A stretch of 62,738 nucleotides of DNA, counting the filler, from Nanobdellota archaeon (GTDB lineage: Archaea > Nanobdellota > Nanobdellia > Woesearchaeales > CAZZGN01): assembly GCA_051819665.1 (NCBI GenBank). It is 8 parts of 8 records of this genome, joined end to end, with 100 filler letters (N's around TTAATTAATTAA, not from the genome) between each part and the next. Parts side by side here need not be neighbours in the genome. Positions count along the whole stretch, not along the records: positions 17,251 to 25,302 come from JBNJDG010000042.1; positions 25,403 to 33,416 come from JBNJDG010000043.1; 6 more parts are not named here. One strand, 5' to 3'. A program made the position numbers and the translations under genes. Below are positions 18,677-28,874 of this stretch, piece by piece. Every line of letters starts with the position of its first letter. Position 1 is the stretch's first letter. The notes under the pieces are model-generated. The model worked only from the letters and a program-made list of their open reading frames with translations, searched no databases and had not been told where the DNA came from.

Positions 18677-19604
18677 GAAGTCCCTCTTCGGATAATTGTT
18701 CCAGCGCCCCTATCATGGCCAGAGGGAACATAACTGTCACATCACCTATTACTGTAGTGATATCACTCTCGTCCTTGACTTTCCCCCATGATTTCGCCTC
18801 TCTGGTAGTTGCGCCTGACATGCTTCCGGATGTTTTGCTTGCAGTGGTCATGTATAATGCGTATTCCGCACCTCCTGTAAGGAGTGAGGCCATGATGGCA
18901 TGATGCTTTGAGATGCTCCCGCCAAGGGCTATGACGGCTTTCTTATCATCATGGCTCGAGGAGAAAAGGATATTCCCGAAATCCTTCACCGGGTCTATTA
19001 TGAAATCTTCATGCTTCTGCTGGAAGAGGTAGAGATGGAATCCTATGCCTCCATCGGTGATGGAAGGGCAGAAGATAGGTATGTCGTTCTTAGCTGCCTG
19101 ATAAAGAATGGAATCCTCGTCATCCAGCATCAGCCCGAGCTCTTTCAAAAGTTCAGAGATTGTCCATCTTTTCTTCTTCTTATAGATCTCAGTGAGGTAT
19201 TCTGTTATAACATCCTCGAACTTCATATAACTCTCGCTCTTGATCTCGAGATTCCCTACCCTGTTGATGCCTTTCTCGTGGAGCTCTACATCATCACTTG
19301 AGAATTTTCCTATATCAAATTTCTCACCGTGAGCTTTCATGATATCCTCTTCAAGGCCTCCGGCAGTAGTTACGATAACAGATGGTATCCTCATGGATAT
19401 GAGCTGTGCGAAGAACCCTCGTAATCCTGATGTGACCATGTTCGAGGTGAATGTAAGGAAAATTTTTGCAGAATTCTTCCTCATCTTCACGATAAGGTCC
19501 CTTGCCTTGGCCAGCTCGACGCTCTGGAAACCGACCTTCGAGAACTTATCGATAAGCCCTTTTACTGTAATGCCCTTCTCCCATTTAAGATCATCTACAA
19601 CCAT
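18666..19604 (-). CDS. dys: Deoxyhypusine synthase
   Basis: FTSNMVTSGLR, TAGGLEEDI, GINRVGN, GGSISKHH, GSMSGA, catalytic lysine in EAKSWGK. Confidence 0.95.
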   Translation of the reverse strand: MVVDDLKWEKGITVKGLIDKFSKVGFQSVELAKARDLIVKMRKNSAKIFLTFTSNMVTSGLRGFFAQLISMRIPSVIVTTAGGLEEDIMKAHGEKFDIGKFSSDDVELHEKGINRVGNLEIKSESYMKFEDVITEYLTEIYKKKKRWTISELLKELGLMLDDEDSILYQAAKNDIPIFCPSITDGGIGFHLYLFQQKHEDFIIDPVKDFGNILFSSSHDDKKAVIALGGSISKHHAIMASLLTGGAEYALYMTTASKTSGSMSGATTREAKSWGKVKDESDITTVIGDVTVMFPLAMIGALEQLSEEGLLDG

Positions 19605-19674
19605 GGACAGAGGGGATTCGTTTTTTATTTAAATCAGTTACGGTATGTGTCTCTACAGAATTCCTGGGTCGGTA

Positions 19675-20076
19675 TCACTTATATTCCTTTATTATGTTTT
19701 CAAGTTTTGTGATGTCTTTGTATAAATCTTTATGTTGCCAATGATTTTTCGTTGTTGTGAGCTTTATTTCACCCTGGTCGGTCTCTTTAAAGCTGGTATC
19801 AGGAAATTCTTTTTTCATGGTCATGTATGGTTCCATCTGCCAGATAATGTTCCTATTCATTTTGCTTTTGTATAGGGTGTTCTCATATCTGAGATGGATT
19901 GTATTATGGTTCAGGATTATGTCTATTCTGCTCTCCGTGTTTTTCATATACAAGTGGATATGGCCTTTGTTCCTTTTTTCCATCTCGGCTTCTTCATGTT
20001 CCCTGAAATAGGTTCTTGTTTTCTCGAATTCCTCTTCAAGTGCCAGAGAGAGCTTATCATTGGGTCTGTTTGCCAT
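19675..20076 (-). CDS. Hypothetical protein
   Basis: ORF; start moved to ATG 20076, about 25 nt downstream of a TTTATAA box. Confidence 0.55.
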   Translation of the reverse strand: MANRPNDKLSLALEEEFEKTRTYFREHEEAEMEKRNKGHIHLYMKNTESRIDIILNHNTIHLRYENTLYKSKMNRNIIWQMEPYMTMKKEFPDTSFKETDQGEIKLTTTKNHWQHKDLYKDITKLENIIKEYK

Positions 20077-20122
20077 AAGAATAAGGTGGTTCTTATTGCT
20101 TATAAACCTTATCATTCCTTTG

Positions 20123-21196
20123 TTAATATTTCAGAAGTTTCCCGTCCGCAAATATCTTAATGTCTCTCATTACATGATCGAAATGCACTGCTGATTTTAT
20201 AGGGCCGCCGAACCAGTGATTGCTCCCGTTCGCGATATGGGCTGTAAGGTAAGTCTTCTCATCGATCATCGTAGGGTTTATTATCCTCGCGTTCGGGTTT
20301 ATCCCTATGCCTATCTCGCCTATTTTCCTGACATTCTCTTTAACTTTTGCCTTTTTCTCTGCCCAATCGATGGTCTCTCTAAGGGTCTCTGCTTCTTTCC
20401 CTCCTTCTATCGAGGTTATGCTCCCTTTCTCTATATTGATTGTGATCGGGCTTCTAAGTACTACAGTTCCCCTGTGGGTCCTTATGGATCCGTCTATGAC
20501 TGCTTTTCCCGAAACATTCTCCTTGCCGAGTGGATGGAAATACACTTCTCCTGCGGGAAGATTACCTCCTTTCCCGAATTCCTTGTAGATGCCTGCGTTG
20601 GTAACTGCCTCGACTCCTTCCTTATTGACTTTCAGATCAGTTCCCTTGTCTGTCTTCAGTTCAATTGTCTTCGCTTTATCGAGTTTCTTCTTTAGCTTTT
20701 TGGCTCTTTTCTCCATCTTCTCCGGATCTGCTGTCATTGTGCTCAGGATGGAGGGAAAAAGCTCAGTTCTTGTATAATTCAGGCCGGAGAGCGAGATGAA
20801 TTTGTGTTTTTTCTGTCTCACGTATTTTCTGAAACTCTTTCCTATAGCTTTCAGTGAGCCGAGTTTGCCTGACATGCAGAGGATGAGTATATTGTGGTTC
20901 CCTAGATCCAGGAATTTCTCTACTATCTCCTCGCTTGCCCTGTCTCCCCTGAACTTGGGTCCCTGGATTATGAGCTCGACGTTCTTCTTCAGCTCTTTTG
21001 CTGCCAGCAGGTAACAGGCTGCTGCTATCGCTGGTATCCTTTTGCCTTTCCTTCCCAGATCAGCGATTATGATTATAGGCTCATCCTTTATGAAGAGGTT
21101 CTTCTCGAGTATGTTCTTGAAATGGGGGTAATACTTTATTACCGTATCAAGGAGGTCTTTCTCTTTCAGCCAGTATAGGAGATCTTTCCAGTTCAT
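20123..21196 (-). CDS. Aminopeptidase T (M29)/leucyl aminopeptidase-like protein
   Basis: [35 protein letters not shown]. Confidence 0.85.
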   Translation of the reverse strand: MNWKDLLYWLKEKDLLDTVIKYYPHFKNILEKNLFIKDEPIIIIADLGRKGKRIPAIAAACYLLAAKELKKNVELIIQGPKFRGDRASEEIVEKFLDLGNHNILILCMSGKLGSLKAIGKSFRKYVRQKKHKFISLSGLNYTRTELFPSILSTMTADPEKMEKRAKKLKKKLDKAKTIELKTDKGTDLKVNKEGVEAVTNAGIYKEFGKGGNLPAGEVYFHPLGKENVSGKAVIDGSIRTHRGTVVLRSPITINIEKGSITSIEGGKEAETLRETIDWAEKKAKVKENVRKIGEIGIGINPNARIINPTMIDEKTYLTAHIANGSNHWFGGPIKSAVHFDHVMRDIKIFADGKLLKY

Positions 21197-22410
21197 TTGT
21201 GGAGCGGGAATCTTGTTGCCATATCTTTGACTTCTTTTCTGACTCTATTTATGGTCTCCTCATCCCTTTTTCTTATGACTTCGTCCATCCAGTCTGCTAT
21301 GGTGGTCATCTCTTCCTCTCTCATGCCTCTTGTGGTTACAGCAGGTGTCCCGAGTCTTATCCCTGAAGGGTTGAATGGAGACCTTTCATCATAAGGTATC
21401 ATGTTCTTGTTGCATGTTATGCCTGCCTTATCAAGGATGTTCTCTGCTTCTTTACCTGTAATATCTTTCTCAGTAAGGTCTATAAGGAGAAGATGGTTCT
21501 CTGTTCCGCCAGTTACAAGCCTGAATCCTCTCTTCTTCAGTTCCTCTCCCAGTTTCTTTGCGTTCTTTACGACCTGTGATGAATATTCTCTGAAACTTTC
21601 ATCGAGAGCTTCCCTGAAAGCAACAGCTTTACCTGCTATCATGTTCTCGTGGGGGCCGCCCTGCATGCCCGGGAAGACTGCCTTATCTATCTTCTTGGCG
21701 TGTTCTTTCCTGCAGAGTATCATGGCTCCCCTCGGCCCTCTTAAAGTCTTGTGTGTCGTCGTGGTGACCACATCAGTATGAGGGAAAGGGCTGGGATGTA
21801 CACCTGCAGCAACCAAGCCTGCAATGTGGCTCATATCCACCATGCTTACAGCACCGACTTCTTCTGCTATCTCAGAGAACCTCTTGAAATCCAGTTCACC
21901 GGGATAAGCGCTTGTGCCGGAGACTATCATCTTCGGCTTATGCTCTAAAGCAAGTCTCCTGACTTCCTCATAATCTATGCTCTCATCATCTTTCTTTACA
22001 CCGTAATGGATGAAATTGTATGATCTCCCCGAGAAATTCACTTTATGTCCATGGGTTAGGTGACCTCCGTGATCCAGGCTCATCGCGAGGACTGTGTCCC
22101 CGAAATTCAGGAAGGCTGAATATACTTCCATATTGGCAGGGCTGCCCGAGTAAGGCTGCACATTAACATGTTCTGCCCCGAAGAGTTCTTTAGCCCTTTC
22201 TATCGCAAGGTTCTCTGCAATGTCTATGAATTCATTACCTCCGTAGTACCTCTTCCCTGGATATCCTTCGCTGTACTTGTTTATCATCACACTGCCTACA
22301 GCCCTAAGTACATCATCGCTGACAAAATTCTCCGAAGGGATCAGCTCTATGCATGATCTCTGTCTCTCTTCCTCGTCTTTTATAGAATCGAATATCTTAT
22401 CTTCTGCCAT
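21193..22410 (-). CDS. glyA: Serine hydroxymethyltransferase (bacterial-type)
   Basis: [56 protein letters not shown]. Confidence 0.98.
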   Translation of the reverse strand: MAEDKIFDSIKDEEERQRSCIELIPSENFVSDDVLRAVGSVMINKYSEGYPGKRYYGGNEFIDIAENLAIERAKELFGAEHVNVQPYSGSPANMEVYSAFLNFGDTVLAMSLDHGGHLTHGHKVNFSGRSYNFIHYGVKKDDESIDYEEVRRLALEHKPKMIVSGTSAYPGELDFKRFSEIAEEVGAVSMVDMSHIAGLVAAGVHPSPFPHTDVVTTTTHKTLRGPRGAMILCRKEHAKKIDKAVFPGMQGGPHENMIAGKAVAFREALDESFREYSSQVVKNAKKLGEELKKRGFRLVTGGTENHLLLIDLTEKDITGKEAENILDKAGITCNKNMIPYDERSPFNPSGIRLGTPAVTTRGMREEEMTTIADWMDEVIRKRDEETINRVRKEVKDMATRFPLHK

Positions 22411-22458
22411 AAAAACACTCCTGTTTCCTTCTTTTTCTCATCATTTAAATCTTTTATC

Positions 22459-22707
22459 TTATAATAACCTTATGCTTTTCCTCTTGCTCTTCTGCCCTTT
22501 CATTATCCTTGCCTCTTTTTTCATCTCTTTCCCTATAAACCTGATTATCTCCCTGTTAGCTTTCCCCTTCTCCGGCGGGGCCTTGACATCCATCCTGTAA
22601 GCTTTCCTGTCATCATCATACTCGTTGAGCTTAGTCTTCTTAGCATTCGTCTTGACAAGGACATCAAATTCTTCCGGAACTTCCATAATATCTTCAAAAA
22701 ACATCAC
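22459..22707 (-). CDS. DUF167/YggU family protein
   Basis: VKAPPEKGKANREII and GQKSKRK motifs. Confidence 0.85.
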   Translation of the reverse strand: MMFFEDIMEVPEEFDVLVKTNAKKTKLNEYDDDRKAYRMDVKAPPEKGKANREIIRFIGKEMKKEARIMKGQKSKRKSIRLL

Positions 22708-22814
22708 TTATATTAAAAACATTTGATAGCCAGTGCAATTTTTTTCTTCTCTTTGTAATATTTCCGGATTCTCTTCAGAAAATTATTTTTTTAATCCAAA
22801 TAAATAAGGGTAAT

Positions 22815-23219
22815 ATGGGAAAAGCACTAAAACGTTTGGTAATGCTTGGTCTTCTGGCAGGGGGGTTATATCTTGCAGATAAGCATAATATCCCCTCAAG
22901 GATGATCGAGAAGTACAATGACCTGAAAGGTAGCAAGGAACAGGTAGAGGAAAAGGTAAAAAAGCCGGGAGGGGGAGATTATGATAAGATGATGAGCATG
23001 TATGAGAGCCTTCCTGATAAGAAGAAAGAGAATTTCCTCTATCATGCTTTCTCCGATAAGCCTTCCGTCAACACCATCGATTCTCTCTTTGATTATGTCT
23101 CTACAGGACCTTATACGTCTGAGGAGAAGGTGAACCTTTTCGGTGGATATTATCAGAACCTCAGCAATAAGGAGAGATGGAAAGCGGCTAAGGAGATAAC
23201 CAAGAGGACACTGAGATGA
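22815..23219 (+). CDS. Hypothetical membrane-anchored protein
   Basis: N-terminal hydrophobic anchor; ATGA overlap with the next ORF. Confidence 0.65.
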   Translation: MGKALKRLVMLGLLAGGLYLADKHNIPSRMIEKYNDLKGSKEQVEEKVKKPGGGDYDKMMSMYESLPDKKKENFLYHAFSDKPSVNTIDSLFDYVSTGPYTSEEKVNLFGGYYQNLSNKERWKAAKEITKRTLR

Positions 23220-23674
23220 GGATAAGCAAGAAAGGCCTGGCTGTGATAGTCGGGAAAGCGAGCCTTCTTACGGCCTTCTATCTGGGCTATCATTATCACC
23301 AGGATGTAGAGAGGCTCAGGACCAATATATTTCATGGAAGGACTCCTGTAAAAGAGGGATATTACCAGAACATCTCAGACTTAAGGATTTTCAGGGAGAA
23401 AAAGGACGGTTATTTTGTGCCTTATTATGGCATCAATGATAAGAAGATACCTATAGGTGAGGATCTGATGCCTAAAAACAGGAGTGAAGGTGATAAATAT
23501 GACTACAGGGACATTGGTAATATTCTTACTGATTTTACCAGTATGTATTCAGACTCTCTTCTCTTTGAGGAGAGGAAATACCTGCTCAGGAAGATAGAGC
23601 AGGCCGGTGATGACCTGAGAGAGGTAGAGATAAGAAGGATGATGGACACCATCGGGAAAAAGTATAAGAAATGA
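23216..23674 (+). CDS. Hypothetical membrane-anchored protein
   Basis: N-terminal hydrophobic segment; coupled to the previous ORF. Confidence 0.6.
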   Translation: MRISKKGLAVIVGKASLLTAFYLGYHYHQDVERLRTNIFHGRTPVKEGYYQNISDLRIFREKKDGYFVPYYGINDKKIPIGEDLMPKNRSEGDKYDYRDIGNILTDFTSMYSDSLLFEERKYLLRKIEQAGDDLREVEIRRMMDTIGKKYKK

Positions 23675-23712
23675 TGTAAAAGAATGCTTGTTGTCAACAG
23701 GAAAATTTATAA

Positions 23713-25143
23713 ATGAATTTCACTATAGAGAAAAATGTCATGACAGATTCTGAACTGCTCAAGAAGTATGGGTTTAAGGAAGAGATTGAAGAGAGGGAGG
23801 ATATAGAGCTCGGCAATTATTCTCCCACTGGTTTCCCTAAGCCGACTAAACGTTATAGGATGGTGGCTGAGGATTTCAGTCTCTCGATGGAGGAGAGATA
23901 TTTCTGGCTCATAGATTATATGAGGGACGAGAACGGTTTCGCTGATATAGAGAAACTTATGGATGTTTTCTCGGCAGGGGAGAACAGTTCCTTCTTCGGT
24001 GCCTCACAACAGAGACTCGGTATGCAGCAGGATAAGGTGAGCAATTTCCTGGCCACTATAGGAAAGATGACCAAAGAGCTTTTCCAGCTGGTAAGAGAAC
24101 TGAGGATACTCGATGAAAGGCTCGGTTATTATTATGATTCTTACTCGAACTCGAAGAGCAGGGAAAGTGCGGAGATAACCCTCAAAGGTATCTGGGTGGA
24201 TATGGTTGAGCAGGGATCCAAGAATCCGGCTTCCGTCTATGGTATGGCCCGGGAGCTTGGTTTTGCAACTTTGCCTGATCTTTTCTTCGGCATCCATCCT
24301 GCAGGTCCTGAAAAAGTAGATGAGGATGTGGACAGGCTCGATTTCAACAGAAAGCTCAAGGAAGTTCTCAAGAGAAAGCTGAGGACTTATCTTCAGTGGA
24401 AGAAGAGCACTTTTTCGGAGCTTAAGAGCAAGAGGAAGTTCACTTTGAAATACCTCAGACAGCATTTTGATACTATTAAGCTCTACATGCACTGGGTGAA
24501 GCCCTACCTCAGGAATATAAGGAGGCTTCAGATGGATACGAACAGGATGGACTCGCCCGAGATAATCTCTGCCTTCGAGACATCGTTCATAGAGCTGGAG
24601 GTGCTTTTCAGGAAAAAGTTCGGCAACAGGCATGCCTGTGTCCTTGCACATTTCGACTACCGTACTGCTCCTGCTATGAACTATCATCAGGAATATCAGC
24701 GGGGTCCGCTTCATATTGGTAAAGTGGATCTCACCCTCAGGGCATATTCCTGGACAGATGAGGACCTTAGGAAATACAGGGCTATGAAGAACGAAGAGGA
24801 TTTCAGGCTTCTCAGTTATGTAGATAACTCGGTAAAGAATGCAATGGAAGCTCTTGGTGAGGAGTTGATGAACTATCTCAAGGAGGCGGGCGAGGATTTC
24901 TCAGATGACCCTGACGCCGGCTGGTATCTGCCAAAACAACCGGCTAAGCCGGAGAAAGTCAAGCAGGATAATCCTTTCGCGGAGCTTTTCAAAGGCCTGA
25001 AGATATTCAGTGCTGGTAAAGGCAGTGGTGTCGATGATTATAAGGACGGCAAGGATAAGGATAAGGCCAAAGGACATGCGAACAAATCATTATGGAACGC
25101 TTATAAGGATTATAAGAAAACCTTTAAGCATCTGTCATGGTAG
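23713..25143 (+). CDS. Hypothetical protein
   Basis: 476-aa ORF with host-like codon usage; no function recognised. Confidence 0.75.
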   Translation: MNFTIEKNVMTDSELLKKYGFKEEIEEREDIELGNYSPTGFPKPTKRYRMVAEDFSLSMEERYFWLIDYMRDENGFADIEKLMDVFSAGENSSFFGASQQRLGMQQDKVSNFLATIGKMTKELFQLVRELRILDERLGYYYDSYSNSKSRESAEITLKGIWVDMVEQGSKNPASVYGMARELGFATLPDLFFGIHPAGPEKVDEDVDRLDFNRKLKEVLKRKLRTYLQWKKSTFSELKSKRKFTLKYLRQHFDTIKLYMHWVKPYLRNIRRLQMDTNRMDSPEIISAFETSFIELEVLFRKKFGNRHACVLAHFDYRTAPAMNYHQEYQRGPLHIGKVDLTLRAYSWTDEDLRKYRAMKNEEDFRLLSYVDNSVKNAMEALGEELMNYLKEAGEDFSDDPDAGWYLPKQPAKPEKVKQDNPFAELFKGLKIFSAGKGSGVDDYKDGKDKDKAKGHANKSLWNAYKDYKKTFKHLSW

Positions 25144-25302
25144 ATGAGAAAAAGGATGAAGGAACGGGGAAACAACAGCATAGTGAAAAAGAGAAGGCAA
25201 AGAAAGAGGAAGAGACTGTTTTTGAATCCATAAAGAATTACCAGATAGAGAACAAGGTCGATGAAGAGGATTTCAGGGAAGAGTCGGAGAATTCTGAAGA
25301 TG
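25137..25302 (+). CDS. Hypothetical acidic protein, 3'-truncated
   Basis: Overlaps the previous stop; open to contig end. Confidence 0.5.
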
Positions 25303-25402
25303 NNNNNNNNNNNNNNNNNNNNNNNNNNNNNNNNNNNNNNNNNNNNTTAATTAATTAANNNNNNNNNNNNNNNNNNNNNNNNNNNNNNNNNNNNNNNNNN
25401 NN
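25303..25402. other. Artificial contig spacer
   Basis: N/TTAATTAATTAA/N. Confidence 0.99.
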
Positions 25403-26104
25403 CAGGCAGCAAATATAATAGAAGCCCTTGAATGCGGTGCAGAATGCCTTCTCATAGACGAAGATACTTCAGCAACCAATTTCATGATAAGGGACAGGAG
25501 GATGCAGGAGCTTGTCTCGAAGGACAAAGAGCCGATAACGCCATTCATAGACAGAGCTCTGCAACTTTATGAAGACCATGGTGTTTCCTCGATCCTCGTT
25601 ATAGGAGGCTCGGGGGATTATTTCGGCATAGCCGATAAGGTCATAGCCATGGAGAATTATCTGCCTTACGATCTCACGGAAAGGGCAAAGGAGATATCAA
25701 AGCAGACTGTAAGAAAGAAGGAAGGCCGGGAGAATTTCGGCAGTATAACCGAAAGAACACCGGTAAAAGACAGCATAGACCCTATGAAGGGCAGGAAAGC
25801 GAAAGTGAAGGCACAGGGAAGAGAGGCGATCCAGTTCGGAGAGGAGAGGATAGAACTGAGCTCTATCGAGCAGCTGGCAGATGAGAGCCAGACCAGGGGG
25901 ATAGCGAAGGCCATACTCTACGCAAAAAGGTATATGGACAAGAACAGTACATTGAATGAAGTCCTGGAGAAAGTACTTGCTGATATAAAGAACGAAGGCC
26001 TTGACATAATAGAGAAGAGATCAGGAAGCCTGGCGAGATTCAGGAAGCATGAGCTGGCCTCGGCAGTTAACAGATTAAGGACACTTAAAGTGAAGCAGGA
26101 TTAA
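25403..26104 (+). CDS. Predicted ABC-class ATPase, C-terminal part (5'-truncated)
   Basis: In-frame from contig start: QAANIIEALECGAECLLIDEDTSATNFMIRDRRMQ...EPITPF...GGSGDYF...AVNRLRTL. Confidence 0.85.
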   Translation, partial: QAANIIEALECGAECLLIDEDTSATNFMIRDRRMQELVSKDKEPITPFIDRALQLYEDHGVSSILVIGGSGDYFGIADKVIAMENYLPYDLTERAKEISKQTVRKKEGRENFGSITERTPVKDSIDPMKGRKAKVKAQGREAIQFGEERIELSSIEQLADESQTRGIAKAILYAKRYMDKNSTLNEVLEKVLADIKNEGLDIIEKRSGSLARFRKHELASAVNRLRTLKVKQD

Positions 26105-26146
26105 AAACGAAACATTTTTAATCAACTGTATTTTTCCCTTGTTCAG

Positions 26147-26725
26147 GTGGGTTTAATGGAAACAGGATACAAGGTTTCAGATGTGATGACCGAAGTACCG
26201 GTCGTAGTAGAACCAGAGAGGTCTCTTGAAGAATGCGCCGCTATGATGGTACAGAAGAAAGTTGGTACCCTTATCATTAAGAACGATGATAAGCTCGAAG
26301 GTATAATTTCAGAAAGAGATATTGTCAGGAAAGCTATAGCAAAAGCGAGCTCTTTCACAGGGAAAGGCAAAGATATCACCAAGATCTCTGCAAAGGATGT
26401 CATGGTGGATGATGTTGTCACTATAGACCCAAATAAAGATATCTTCGAAGCTATCAAGACCATGAAGGATTACGATATAAGACATCTTCCTGTAATCCAT
26501 GAGAATAAGCTCGCCGGTATATTGACCATGAAGGATGTTCTGAGGATAGAGCCACAACTTTTCGATATTCTTGTAGAGAAGATGAACATAAAGAAAGATG
26601 CAGAGAAGCCTATAAACAAGGTCAACGAACAGGAAGGCATCTGTGAGATCTGCGGAGAGTATGCGGAGAAAGTGGTCAGGAAGAACGGCAATGTAGTTTG
26701 TGAGAGATGTATAGAGAGAGTATGA
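26147..26725 (+). CDS. CBS-pair protein with C-terminal Zn ribbon
   Basis: VSDVMT, LEGIISERDI, IRHLPV, GICEICG...VCERC. Confidence 0.9.
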   Translation: MGLMETGYKVSDVMTEVPVVVEPERSLEECAAMMVQKKVGTLIIKNDDKLEGIISERDIVRKAIAKASSFTGKGKDITKISAKDVMVDDVVTIDPNKDIFEAIKTMKDYDIRHLPVIHENKLAGILTMKDVLRIEPQLFDILVEKMNIKKDAEKPINKVNEQEGICEICGEYAEKVVRKNGNVVCERCIERV

Positions 26726-26760
26726 AAAACTTTATAAACATATGACTTTATTTTTATTCT

Positions 26761-27303
26761 ATGTCTATTGATGCAAACCCTCTTGGACCCCATGATGAAT
26801 ATGTAATAATCAAGAACAAGGGCGTGGCAGATATCAAACAACTATATGCTGATATAAGGAGATGGTTCAGGAATCATGATTACGAGTTCCATGAAAAGGA
26901 TCAGAAATCCAAGATCCCCTCTCCGATGGGTGCCGAAGAAGAACTCAAGATGTTCGGCAAGAGGAAAGAGGACGATTTCATACAATTCGAGATAAAGCTT
27001 GAGATCCACACATGGGATGTTATACCTGTAGAAGTAATGAAGAACGGGAAGAAAGTGGAGATGTCTAAATGCAGGGCCAAGATAGTCATGTGGCCGCTCT
27101 TACACTTTGATTACGAGGATAAATTCGAAAAAAGCTTTTTCTTTGAAGGGCTGAGAAAATGGTACATAAATAATATCATAAAGAGAAGGTTCCAGATACA
27201 GGGAGATAAGCTCGAGTATGAATTTTTTGAGCTTCATGATCTGTTAAAGAGAGACCTCGGAATGCTTGCCAGCGGCGACCAATTCGACCTTAAGTGGAAA
27301 TAA
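26761..27303 (+). CDS. Hypothetical protein (paralogue family member 1)
   Basis: Shares LY..I..WF, EV.KNGKK and DYE.K.E patterns with the next two ORFs. Confidence 0.75.
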   Translation: MSIDANPLGPHDEYVIIKNKGVADIKQLYADIRRWFRNHDYEFHEKDQKSKIPSPMGAEEELKMFGKRKEDDFIQFEIKLEIHTWDVIPVEVMKNGKKVEMSKCRAKIVMWPLLHFDYEDKFEKSFFFEGLRKWYINNIIKRRFQIQGDKLEYEFFELHDLLKRDLGMLASGDQFDLKWK

Positions 27304-27305
27304 AA

Positions 27306-27806
27306 ATGGAAAGGAAAATAGTCTTCGATCACAGGAAAATCAATTACAAAGGGATTTTCAGTTTTACAGAGCTTTACAATATGATAGATTCCTGGTTTGC
27401 CGAGAGGGGATACACGAAACATGAATTAAGGTATGACGAGGAAGTGAAAGAGGACGGTAAGAGGATCTATGTTAACAAAGAGCCTTCCAAGAACATCAAG
27501 GATTATATGTCCTATGTGATACAGTGCGAGATAGAATGCAATCATCTTAAAGAGGTAGAAGTGGAAAGGGACGGAAAAAAGATGATGCTCAATCAGGGTG
27601 ACTGTACAGTTGTAATAACCGGACATATAAATACGGATTATGAAGCGAAATGGGAGAAAAAGCCCTGGTATTATTTCATCAGAGGACTTGTGGACAAATT
27701 CGTATGGAATGTACATCTCGGCAGGGGTGAAGGCGAGCTTGCAGAGGAATGCGGGGATTTCCTCTCTCAGGTGAGGTCTTTCCTCAATCTTTACAGGTAT
27801 AAATAG
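27306..27806 (+). CDS. Hypothetical protein (paralogue family member 2)
   Basis: Close tandem paralogue of 27914..28414. Confidence 0.8.
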   Translation: MERKIVFDHRKINYKGIFSFTELYNMIDSWFAERGYTKHELRYDEEVKEDGKRIYVNKEPSKNIKDYMSYVIQCEIECNHLKEVEVERDGKKMMLNQGDCTVVITGHINTDYEAKWEKKPWYYFIRGLVDKFVWNVHLGRGEGELAEECGDFLSQVRSFLNLYRYK

Positions 27807-27913
27807 GATTCTTTTAATATACTCACTGCTTTATCTATGAAAAACTTTATAAATCCTTGACGAGAATATCAACCCTGAGTCTGGCTATCGATAGATACTG
27901 AACAAGTGGAAAG

Positions 27914-28414
27914 ATGGAAAGAAAAATAATCTACGACCATGTAAGAACCAATTACAAGGGACTTTTCAGTGTCACGGAACTTTACAGGCTGATAGATTTC
28001 TGGTTCATGGAAAAAGGATACACTAAACATGAGCTCAATAATTTTCAGGAAGATAAACAGGACGGGAAAAAGATCTATATTAACAAAGAACCCTATAAAA
28101 AAACAAGCGACTATATCAAATATGTGATCCAGTGCGAGATAGAGTGTGATCAGGTGAAGGAGGTAGAAGTGGAGAAGAACGGCAAGAAGATAAGGCTTAA
28201 CCAGGGAAATTGTTCTGTAATCATCACAGGTCATCTTATCACGGATTATGAGAGGAAATGGGAGGACAAAGCCTTTTTCTATTTCCTCCAGCAGATCTTC
28301 GATAAGTTCGTCTGGAATCCCTTTGTGAGCAGAGCAGAGAAAGGCCTTATAGAAGAATGCAATCATCTGAGGACACAGGTGAGCTCATTCCTCAATCTCT
28401 ACAGGTACAGATAA
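27914..28414 (+). CDS. Hypothetical protein (paralogue family member 3)
   Basis: Shares MERKI, YVIQCEIEC, LNQG and SFLNLYRY with 27306..27806. Confidence 0.8.
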   Translation: MERKIIYDHVRTNYKGLFSVTELYRLIDFWFMEKGYTKHELNNFQEDKQDGKKIYINKEPYKKTSDYIKYVIQCEIECDQVKEVEVEKNGKKIRLNQGNCSVIITGHLITDYERKWEDKAFFYFLQQIFDKFVWNPFVSRAEKGLIEECNHLRTQVSSFLNLYRYR

Positions 28415-28415
28415 A

Positions 28416-28874
28416 ATGAGATGCCCCTACTGTTCCCATGATACCACCAGAGTAATAGATAGCAGAGACACCACTGAAGATATAACAAGAAGGAGAAGGG
28501 AATGTGATAAATGTAGTAAACGTTTCACAACTTATGAACGTATAGAGATGGTGGATCTCTTCATCATAAAGAAAGATGGCAGCAGAGAACTGTTCGACAG
28601 GGAAAAGATAAGAAGAGGCATCCTCAAGGCGAGTGAGAAGAGAGACATTTCCATAAGCAAGATAGAAGAAGTTATTGACAAGGTCGAGACAGACCTGAGG
28701 AGGAAGGATTCTACTGAGATAAACAGCAAAGAGGTTGGCAAGGCAGTCATAAAACACCTGAAAAGACTCGACAATGTAGTCTATATAAGGTTCGCTTCTG
28801 TCTACAGGGAATTCGCAGATATTGAATCCTTCGAGAAAGAACTGAGGAAGCTACTCAAAAGGCATAGAAGATAA
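28416..28874 (+). CDS. nrdR: Transcriptional repressor NrdR
   Basis: MRCPYC...VIDSR...RRRRECDKCSKRFTTYE, ATP-cone KKDGSRELFDREKI, YIRFASVYREF. Confidence 0.97.
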   Translation: MRCPYCSHDTTRVIDSRDTTEDITRRRRECDKCSKRFTTYERIEMVDLFIIKKDGSRELFDREKIRRGILKASEKRDISISKIEEVIDKVETDLRRKDSTEINSKEVGKAVIKHLKRLDNVVYIRFASVYREFADIESFEKELRKLLKRHRR

